A stretch of DNA of 22,144 bases from Candidatus Micrarchaeia archaeon (GTDB lineage Archaea; Micrarchaeota; Micrarchaeia; Anstonellales; J096), in assembly GCA_041500405.1 (NCBI GenBank), contig JBGQMB010000016.1, positions 1 to 22,144 of the forward strand, in the 5' to 3' direction. This document shows positions 15,271-22,144 of the stretch, in pieces. The notes beneath the pieces were generated by a model, which did no database searches, was not told where the DNA came from, and saw only the letters and a program-made list of their open reading frames with translations. Every line of letters begins with the position of its first letter. Within the stretch, counting starts at the first letter, position 1. The translations under genes and the position numbers were made by a program.

Positions 15271-16438
15271 CCTGATAATGGCATGCGCACTTGCGCACGC
15301 GCAGGCGGAATATGCAATTGACGAGGCTGCGCAATACGAGACGGCGCTCAATGTCTCATGCTTTGACGCATATCAAAACACCGTGTATTTCTCTGCTTCC
15401 GGAAATGGGATGCCATATATCTATGTCCTGCAGTATCCGTCAATGCAGATATCGGAGAGGGCCACGCAGAGCGAATATGTGAACTGCGTCAACGCAATGT
15501 CGGACGGCAGGATATTCTATTCCACGCCGCTTGCAGTGTACCAAACCATTCCGAGCCTGGACACGCCGTTTGAGTTCTGGAACATAAAGGAGATAAAGGA
15601 CTACAAGGGCATGTACATAATGCTTACAGGCTACAACGGCATAAGGGGCACGGACCAGAACGGGAATATGACAAGGGGACTGCCGTTTGCATACGCCTCC
15701 TTAAACTTCACCGGCATAGACACTGACGGCGAAAGCATATATGGGGCGCTCAACAACGGAACTGTGATAATTTTCAATGAGACGTTCGGGGAAACCGGAA
15801 GGATTGAATTTGGGAACCTCACAGCAAATGGCATCTCTGTTTATGGAAAAGGCGATTCGATGAAGATGGCCATGCCTACGGATGCGGGCCTGTTCCTCAT
15901 TGTTTCAGGAAAGCAAATCAGGGTCAGCGCGGCGCAGTTCAACAGGTGCGTTATACTCAACGAAACGCTTGTTGCCTGTTCCGACAATTCCACGTTCCAT
16001 TTCCTGGACATAGTGAATGTTTCGGAGAAGGCAAGGGAGTATGTCAACCTTTCCGCAACCTTGGAAAAATACATCGCAAACGCAACCGAGGACGAATATG
16101 TCATTTGGGCAAGGCAGCAGATCAATCTTTCGGAATCACTGAAGGAAGATGACATTGTGTCCTCATTGGACATAATAAGGAACATATCAATACCTGAACT
16201 GCAGAAGAGGGCGACAAAGCCGGCGCAGAACGTGACAAGGAACGAAACTGTTTCGAACATCACGACTTCCAAGCCGGCAGCCCAGAAATACACCCCTGAT
16301 TTGCTAATGCTGGGCGCGATAGCCGTTGCGCTGATAGTGGCTCTTGTTGCGGCAATAGGGATTATTGCGTTTGTTGTGTCCAAGATGCGCCATGGCGAAG
16401 GCAAGGGCCAAGGCCCAAAATACAGGTTTGGCAGCTGA
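15239..16438 (+). CDS. Membrane-anchored cell-surface glycoprotein
   Basis: Signal peptide (MTRTWTTFFLSLIMACALAHA), beta-rich N-terminal region, 16 N-x-S/T sequons, Thr/Pro linker, C-terminal TM helix and basic tail. Confidence 0.8.
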   Translation: MTRTWTTFFLSLIMACALAHAQAEYAIDEAAQYETALNVSCFDAYQNTVYFSASGNGMPYIYVLQYPSMQISERATQSEYVNCVNAMSDGRIFYSTPLAVYQTIPSLDTPFEFWNIKEIKDYKGMYIMLTGYNGIRGTDQNGNMTRGLPFAYASLNFTGIDTDGESIYGALNNGTVIIFNETFGETGRIEFGNLTANGISVYGKGDSMKMAMPTDAGLFLIVSGKQIRVSAAQFNRCVILNETLVACSDNSTFHFLDIVNVSEKAREYVNLSATLEKYIANATEDEYVIWARQQINLSESLKEDDIVSSLDIIRNISIPELQKRATKPAQNVTRNETVSNITTSKPAAQKYTPDLLMLGAIAVALIVALVAAIGIIAFVVSKMRHGEGKGQGPKYRFGS

Positions 16439-16442
16439 TTTG

Positions 16443-17105
16443 ATGGGCAACAGGATAGCCGTGCTCTTCAGCGGGGGCAAGGATTCCACGCTTGCGGCAT
16501 TTTACACCGCATCGATGGGGTTCGAGCCTGTTCTTTTCACGTTTGTTCCAAAGGCAGATGACTCTTATATGCTCCACAAGCCATGCCTGTCGCTTGCGCC
16601 GCTTCAGGCAAAAGCTCTTGGCATGGAGCACTATATGATTGGTGTTTCCGGAGAAAAGGAGAAAGAGGTGGATGAGATGCTGAAGTATCTGTCCAAGCAA
16701 AGGCTGGATGGCATAAGCTCCGGCGCGGTCGAAAGCGAATACCAGAAGCAGAGGGTCGATTACATCGGGGAATCGCTCGGCATCCCGACCTACGCCTTCC
16801 TATGGCATAGGAATGCATCTGTCATGGCAGACTTCCAATACATGGAAATAGTGCTTGTCAGGGCTTCAGGATACGGCATAACAAAGGACGATGTCGGAAA
16901 GCCGTTCAGAATATACGGCAAGGCTGAGCTCATCAACCCGTTCCTTGAGGGCGGGGAGGGCGAGACGGCGGTGCTTGACGCCCCATTTTTTAAATCAAGG
17001 ATATCAATAAGGGATAGCGAAGTCGTCTCCAAGGGAGACATTGCCGAACTCATCGTGAGGGACGCGGCATTGGAGGAAAAGGGCGCTGGCCATGGAAAGG
17101 AATGA
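16443..17105 (+). CDS. Diphthine--ammonia ligase (Dph6 family PP-loop ATPase)
   Basis: IAVLFSGGKDS, DSYMLH, GAVESEYQKQR and EGGEGETAVLDAPFF motifs. Confidence 0.9.
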   Translation: MGNRIAVLFSGGKDSTLAAFYTASMGFEPVLFTFVPKADDSYMLHKPCLSLAPLQAKALGMEHYMIGVSGEKEKEVDEMLKYLSKQRLDGISSGAVESEYQKQRVDYIGESLGIPTYAFLWHRNASVMADFQYMEIVLVRASGYGITKDDVGKPFRIYGKAELINPFLEGGEGETAVLDAPFFKSRISIRDSEVVSKGDIAELIVRDAALEEKGAGHGKE

Positions 17106-17919
17106 GTACGAAAGCATAATCAAAACCGTTGCGGACGGGGAATATGACTCTGCGGTGGCAAAAGCCAGGTCACTGCTTGACGCCGGGGACAAAACCGCAT
17201 ACGAGCTTCTTTCAGACATAAATGTGGTCATGTACCAGATGAGCGGGGAAAAGAAATACCTTTCAAACGCCAGGGAATATGTGGACCACGCCGAGGCGGA
17301 AGGCATAAAGATGAGCACAAAGAGGTTCGCTATTTTGCTTGCGATGGACGACCAGGCCGCGGCAAGGAGGCTCGTTGAAAAGGAGACTGATGAGCAGACA
17401 AAGCTTTTCCTTGAGGCTTTGCTCATGCTTGAAAGGCAGGACATTGATGCGGCAAGGAAATCGCTTGAGCAGCTGATTGCGACGGAACCATCGGCGAGCG
17501 AGCCATATATAGTCTATTCAAAGGTTCTTTATTCGTCCGGCGAATACGCCAAGGCGATAAACATGCTGAGGGGCGCTGCGGAGAGGATGGAGGAAAACTT
17601 CCACAAGGCCGAGGTGGCAAGGGAATTTGAAAGGATATCCACGCTTTACAATGCAAAAAACAGGGGCATGAAAATGGGCCTTTTCGGCATTGAACACGGC
17701 AAGTGGGTGCTTATCAACATCGATGATGTTGAGCCGAAGTCGGCTGAGGAGTTTCTCGGCCTGATAGGGCTTGGCATGAACGAGAATGGAAACCTCATGC
17801 TTGCAATCCCAAATGATGAAAAGCTCCTGGACCTTGTCAGGGATGATTTCCTGGGCATGATGCCTGAGGGAATCGATTACAGGGACCTGGAATTCATGCT
17901 GGCCCAGATGAAGGACTGA
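17092..17919 (+). CDS. TPR-repeat protein
   Basis: TPR-like helices (AARKSLEQLIATEPSASEPYIVYSKVLYSSGEYAKAINML). Overlaps the dph6 stop by 14 nt. Confidence 0.75.
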   Translation: MERNEYESIIKTVADGEYDSAVAKARSLLDAGDKTAYELLSDINVVMYQMSGEKKYLSNAREYVDHAEAEGIKMSTKRFAILLAMDDQAAARRLVEKETDEQTKLFLEALLMLERQDIDAARKSLEQLIATEPSASEPYIVYSKVLYSSGEYAKAINMLRGAAERMEENFHKAEVAREFERISTLYNAKNRGMKMGLFGIEHGKWVLINIDDVEPKSAEEFLGLIGLGMNENGNLMLAIPNDEKLLDLVRDDFLGMMPEGIDYRDLEFMLAQMKD

Positions 17920-18668
17920 ATTGGCTGGTCGAACTTCTCCATCCTTCTTGGTTTCGGCAAGTCCTTGTATATCTTAAGGAACTGCCTCTGCACCGGGAAC
18001 GGCATGATGTCGTATGAGCTGCAAACTGTTATGATGCTTATCAGTCCGCCGATACCGTTGACCTTTCCAAGCTTTTTCAGTCCGTCCGCCAGTTTTTTCA
18101 TGTCCTTCTTCTGCTTTGGCATCGGGCTTATTGGGATGCCTTTCATCCTGACCAAAAGCCTCAGCGATGTGTTGTGCACGCTTGTGAGAAAATAGCCTAT
18201 CTCGTGCTCCTGAGTGCCCATTAAGCTGATCTTCTTTACCACGGTGTTTTCGCTGTTTCCGCCAAACGACAGCGCGAATCCCATTTCGCCGCTCTTCTTG
18301 GCATTTTCCGCTTTCGGCATTTTTCCGCCTGCCATATCCGCAGTGATCTTGTAAGGCATCCCGGAATGCTTGAGCGCCAGTGCAAGGATGAAGCCCTGCG
18401 CCAGGCTTTTCAGCTTTTTGTTCTCATTGCAAAGTTTTTTTGTCCATTCGACTGCCTTTGGCGACGCTATTGTCGATATCCCGGACTTCGCGGCCTCTGC
18501 CGCGGCCTCCTTCTCGATGGCGTCTGTTCCGGAAAGGCCCGAATGCCTGAATCCATTGAGGCCTATCCTTTCCATCGCGTCCGCAAGCAAATGCTGGGCG
18601 CCTGCCGCATCGAACTTTTCCGTTTTTATGTTGGCGGATTTGTATTTTCCGTGTTCCCCGTAGCTCAT
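17877..18668 (-). CDS. Hypothetical basic protein
   Basis: Long ORF filling the gap between the TPR and AMMECR1 genes. Start placed at MSYGEH (18668). No confident family assignment. Confidence 0.65.
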   Translation of the reverse strand: MSYGEHGKYKSANIKTEKFDAAGAQHLLADAMERIGLNGFRHSGLSGTDAIEKEAAAEAAKSGISTIASPKAVEWTKKLCNENKKLKSLAQGFILALALKHSGMPYKITADMAGGKMPKAENAKKSGEMGFALSFGGNSENTVVKKISLMGTQEHEIGYFLTSVHNTSLRLLVRMKGIPISPMPKQKKDMKKLADGLKKLGKVNGIGGLISIITVCSSYDIMPFPVQRQFLKIYKDLPKPRRMEKFDQPIQSFIWASMNSRSL

Positions 18669-18762
18669 GAAGATGTCCAAGATAGCACCGCAACTATTGC
18701 GTTTTTTATGCTTAAAAACCTTTGTCAATCTGTTATTTAAAGAATCTCCGCGAACTTGCTGT

Positions 18763-19329
18763 ATGGAGGCCCTTGACAAAAAGAGCAAGGAATACCTGCT
18801 TTCTGTCGCGAAACATTCAATCTCATTTTACCTTGGGCATGGCAGGAAGCCGGATGTGAAGGGGCTTGGCTTCCAGGGGGCGTCATTCGTCACGCTGATG
18901 AAGAAGGGCGGGCTCAGGGGGTGCATAGGCACTCTTGAGGCGCGCCAGGACCTTGCAGACGATGTTTTGGACAATGCAATGAACGCCGCGTTCGGGGACC
19001 CGCGGTTCGGCGCCGTATCAAAGAATGAGCTTGGCGATTTGAACATAGAAATTTCTTTCCTCACGCCAAAGGAAAGGTTCACCGGAACGGAGGCGGAGTT
19101 CGCGGCCTACATCTCAAGGGAAAAGTGCGGGGTTATAATAGAAAGGGGATGGAACAGGGCAACGTTCCTTCCTGACGTCTGGAAAATGCTCCCGGATGTC
19201 AACGAGTTCCTGACAGAGCTTTCGCACAAGGCAGGGCTGGACCCTGACGGCTGGAAAAACTGCGATTGGTACATCTACAGGACGATAGCGTTCTCCAAGG
19301 ACTGGGCCAAGATAAAGGATTTTGAATGA
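18763..19329 (+). CDS. AMMECR1 / AmmeMemoRadiSam system protein A
   Basis: ASFVTL...LRGCIG, AAFGDPRF, IEISFLT, RATFLPDVW and LSHKAGL motifs. TTTAAA lies 27 nt upstream of ATG 18763. Confidence 0.93.
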   Translation: MEALDKKSKEYLLSVAKHSISFYLGHGRKPDVKGLGFQGASFVTLMKKGGLRGCIGTLEARQDLADDVLDNAMNAAFGDPRFGAVSKNELGDLNIEISFLTPKERFTGTEAEFAAYISREKCGVIIERGWNRATFLPDVWKMLPDVNEFLTELSHKAGLDPDGWKNCDWYIYRTIAFSKDWAKIKDFE

Positions 19330-19331
19330 GC

Positions 19332-19922
19332 CTAGATGATTTTTCCCACTGCAAGGATTGCGAAAATGCCGAGCGTGTGCAATATGTACGCAATCAGCAT
19401 GAACTTCCATACCGATATCCTCCTTATGCTGGCAAGCAGGGCTATGCCGATTTCTGAAGGCAGCGGGGACGCGATGACAAATCCCGCAAATGCCGGCAGG
19501 ATGTATTTCCGGTAATCCCCGAATATCGCCTTTTCCTCCATTTCGATGTACTGCACGGCCTTTTCCTTTTCAAGCTTCCGTATCTCGTCCATGAACGAGC
19601 GCCTGATGAAAAAGAAGATGACAAGGTCGCTCAGCAATGCGCCGGCGCCGCCTATCAATGCCGCCAAAAGGGTGTTTTGGCCTTTGGAAAGCACCAGAAG
19701 GACCGCTGTCGCAGGAGACGCAGTGAATCCGTATGCATAGAGCATGCCGGCAAGAAAGGCCCCCAGATAGCCTAGCGACGCGAGAAACTCGTGGAACGGG
19801 GCGTAGTTGCTTCCTTCATAGAATATTGCTATTGCAATCATTACGGTAAACAAAAGGAGCAGCAGTTTTGGGTATTTTATCCTGTGGCCGTTTTTGCGGT
19901 TCATGGGCATTCCCCTGCGCAT
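19332..19922 (-). CDS. Hypothetical multi-pass membrane protein (DedA/VTT-like)
   Basis: About 5 hydrophobic helices with GGAGALLSDLVIFFFIR and ASPLPSE patterns. Start could be 19922, 19910 or 19904. Confidence 0.7.
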   Translation of the reverse strand: MRRGMPMNRKNGHRIKYPKLLLLLFTVMIAIAIFYEGSNYAPFHEFLASLGYLGAFLAGMLYAYGFTASPATAVLLVLSKGQNTLLAALIGGAGALLSDLVIFFFIRRSFMDEIRKLEKEKAVQYIEMEEKAIFGDYRKYILPAFAGFVIASPLPSEIGIALLASIRRISVWKFMLIAYILHTLGIFAILAVGKII

Positions 19923-20738
19923 TCAGCCGAGCAGGTATGAGAATATGTGGCCAAGCGCATAGCTTCCGTGCTCAAAAAGCGGAAACAGCACCACGCCGTA
20001 TCCCATTGAGCTCATGTCTGCCTGAAGCGTGTTCTTCACCGTTACCTGGTATGAAAGGCCCTGCCTCACGTTCAGCGGGCTGTTTTTGGAGTATGCGGTG
20101 AAGTTTATTGCCTGCATGCCGGAGCCGCCGTAAACGAACTCAAACGGGACAATCGTCTCGCTGGCAGGCGCCATGTAAAGCTCCCTCACGACCTTCTGCT
20201 TGTATGTGTCCGCCTCTATCACGAATATGTCGCCCGCATTGCCCCTGTTCTGGAGCTTCATCACGTAGCGGACCGGCTGGCCTTCCCCTGCGTATGATGT
20301 GCCTACGACCTTCGCAAGGCCAAGGACGTTATAATCAACATGTATTGTCGCGTAGAATGTCTTGATGCCAAGGCCCTCGCCGTTGTTCTCGTCATAGACT
20401 ATTATGGGTATCATGTAGTTTCCCTGCGTTGCGTTCGCCCCTGAAACGATGATGACCTGCAGCGGATTTTCATAAAGCTTTGACGGAGTGACGCTCCAGC
20501 CGTCAGGAAGATTGGATGCATTCGCAAAATCGTAATATCCGCCTGTGCCGTACTTTCCGCCAGTTGTCTCCGTCCTCTGTATAAGAATGCTCATTGCCTG
20601 GCCAGGGCCCATATTCCCCATGTCATAGGTTGCGCCGTCCGTTATCTCGGCGTTTATTGGCTTGGTTATGCTTATCGGCGAAACAATGCCGCACATGATT
20701 GCGGCCAATGCGAACAAAAATGCAAGTCTCTTTGCCAT
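19923..20738 (-). CDS. Exported protein with two beta-sandwich-like regions
   Basis: Signal peptide, LPDGWSV and LQNRGNAGD Ig-like motifs, hydrophobic C-terminus. TTTAAAA lies 29 nt upstream. Confidence 0.7.
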   Translation of the reverse strand: MAKRLAFLFALAAIMCGIVSPISITKPINAEITDGATYDMGNMGPGQAMSILIQRTETTGGKYGTGGYYDFANASNLPDGWSVTPSKLYENPLQVIIVSGANATQGNYMIPIIVYDENNGEGLGIKTFYATIHVDYNVLGLAKVVGTSYAGEGQPVRYVMKLQNRGNAGDIFVIEADTYKQKVVRELYMAPASETIVPFEFVYGGSGMQAINFTAYSKNSPLNVRQGLSYQVTVKNTLQADMSSMGYGVVLFPLFEHGSYALGHIFSYLLG

Positions 20739-20847
20739 AAGTTCGTTTTGCTGCGCATGGTTTTAAACTTAACGCTGTTTTCCGGCATTGCGTCGCCATA
20801 TCGCGGAATTCTCATTTTTAAACATTTGCATACATAAACTGAAACAT

Positions 20848-21066
20848 ATGAAAAGCCGTTTCAGCGAGAATGCCAGGACAGCAAGGCTCTTGCCGATGTG
20901 CAGGTTTGAAAGATTCAAGCCGGAGCAGGACGGTACTCTGCGCATAACAATGGCGGATTTCTGAATAAAGCAGGGATGGTACAGAGTCATGGACGGCAAA
21001 AAAAGGTTCACTTTTGCAAAATGGCGCGAAGGCGTTGGCGTGCAAAGGGAGGCGGCAAAGCATTAA
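20848..21066 (+). pseudogene. Small ORF interrupted by one in-frame TGA (20962-20964)
   Basis: ATG 31 nt after TTTAAA, 38 codons, TGA, then 33 more sense codons in the same frame to TAA. Confidence 0.4.
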
Positions 21067-21105
21067 AAATGTTAGCCAAGCAAATGCCTACACAAAGTGA
21101 CGATT

Positions 21106-21492
21106 ATGGACCAATATCACGGAAATTTCACAGGCAAGGTTTCGAAGGGAACCGGCGGAAAGAGAGTCAAGTTCTCTGACAAGAGGCTTGCGATGGCAGG
21201 AGGCACATTCACTGCAACGAAGCTCAGCCAGAAGGAGGAGCGCAAGTCAACCAGGACCGGGGGCGGAAACACCAAGGTCAGGATAAGGAAGACCAAGTTC
21301 ATCAACGTCTCAACCGCAGGCGGAACCAAGAAGGTCGAGATAACCAATGTGATAAAGGGCAACACCCCGGATTACACAAGGCAGAACATCATGACCAAGG
21401 GCGCGATAGTGCAAACGGCGATAGGCAAGGTCAGAGTGACCAGCAGGCCTGGCCAGCATGGCGCGCTCAGCGGCGTTCCTGTAAAGGAGTGA
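21106..21492 (+). CDS. rps8e: 30S ribosomal protein S8e (eS8)
   Basis: GTGGKR, RTGGGNTKVR, RQNIMTKGAIVQT and VTSRPGQHG motifs. Confidence 0.96.
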   Translation: MDQYHGNFTGKVSKGTGGKRVKFSDKRLAMAGGTFTATKLSQKEERKSTRTGGGNTKVRIRKTKFINVSTAGGTKKVEITNVIKGNTPDYTRQNIMTKGAIVQTAIGKVRVTSRPGQHGALSGVPVKE

Positions 21493-21523
21493 CTTTTTAA
21501 CAGCTTCGCAGGACAATCTGATT

Positions 21524-21976
21524 ATGCAAAAGGAAAAGCCCAAGACTGAGGCAGCCAAGCCCCACTATCGTCAGCTAACCGAGACAACAAAACGGTTCCT
21601 GGAAAAAATATTCGGGGATCAGGGCCTCGGCAAGCTGAGAGAGGCAATAAAAAACGGGCTTGAGCCGAACGATATCCTGGAGGACGGCAGACCGCTATTG
21701 ATGCACGCCGCAATGTGGGACAGGCCGGATATATGCCGCTTTCTCATCCAGCAGGGCGCAAGGATTGACGCAACGGATCCGAATGAAGAGACCGCCTACT
21801 CAATCGCAAAAAGGCTCGGCAACGCCAAGGTATGCAGCGTTATCCTTGAGGAAAGCGCAAGGATGCTTGCCAGGCTGGCAGGCAATGGTGCCGCAAAAGC
21901 GGCCCTTGGAGCCATAGAGTCGGAACTCGGAAGCAAGCCGCGAAGCCGGCTGGCAGGGGGGCGGCGAAACAATTAA
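21524..21976 (+). CDS. Ankyrin repeat protein
   Basis: DGRPLLMHAAMWDRPDICRFLIQQGARIDATDPNEETAYSIAKRLGNAKVCSVI contains about two ankyrin repeats. Confidence 0.85.
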   Translation: MQKEKPKTEAAKPHYRQLTETTKRFLEKIFGDQGLGKLREAIKNGLEPNDILEDGRPLLMHAAMWDRPDICRFLIQQGARIDATDPNEETAYSIAKRLGNAKVCSVILEESARMLARLAGNGAAKAALGAIESELGSKPRSRLAGGRRNN

Positions 21977-22001
21977 AACGTGTTGATGCTGAATTATAGC
22001 C

Positions 22002-22144
22002 ATGAAGCTGGACCTCCACAACCACACGACATATTCCGACAGCACAGCGACTCCGGAACAGCTCATGGCCAGGGGAAAGGAGATTGGCATAATACCGGCC
22101 ATAACAGACCACAACACCATAGCCGCTGAAATCCGTGCAAAGGA
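22002..22144 (+). CDS. PHP domain protein (partial, runs off the right edge)
   Basis: Hand translation MKLDLHNHTTYSDS...AITDHNT gives the HxH and TDH motifs. ATTAAAA lies 30 nt upstream. Confidence 0.9.
   Translation, partial: MKLDLHNHTTYSDSTATPEQLMARGKEIGIIPAITDHNTIAAEIRAK

Noticed and set aside
20769..21063. Minus-strand ORFs 20769-21011 and 20818-21063
   Set aside because: They have no motifs or fitting promoter. The plus-strand interrupted ORF matches the local promoter spacing better.

Overview
This is a gene-dense archaeal chromosomal window using the standard genetic code. The archaeal-type SRP54, Hjc, LeuRS, eS8, Dph6 and DUF359 genes and an intron-containing tRNA-Tyr with a C1-G72 pair support this. 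The compact, divergent genes suggest a DPANN lineage such as Micrarchaeota, which is my inference. Most of the window is housekeeping: SPFH, hjc, srp54, leuS, a Wzx-like flippase, tRNA-Tyr(GTA), tRNA-Leu(CAG), a PRC-barrel protein, DUF359, dph6, a TPR protein, AMMECR1, rps8e, an ankyrin protein and a partial PHP gene. Between srp54 and leuS lies an accessory block (about 2.9-9.2 kb). Its core is three co-oriented unknown genes that encode signal-peptide-less helical proteins, each with three hydrophobic segments and basic linkers. The first and third are diverged paralogs that share an 86-bp promoter plus N-terminus cassette (82/86 identical) and a 13-bp downstream tag. This cluster is the best candidate for an undescribed system, possibly membrane-inserting or pore-forming proteins. 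Also notable are a 45-aa hyper-acidic microprotein missed by the ORF track, a promoter-bearing ORF split by one in-frame TGA, and a multi-hairpin segment after tRNA-Leu. No CRISPR array, transposase or integrase was seen.
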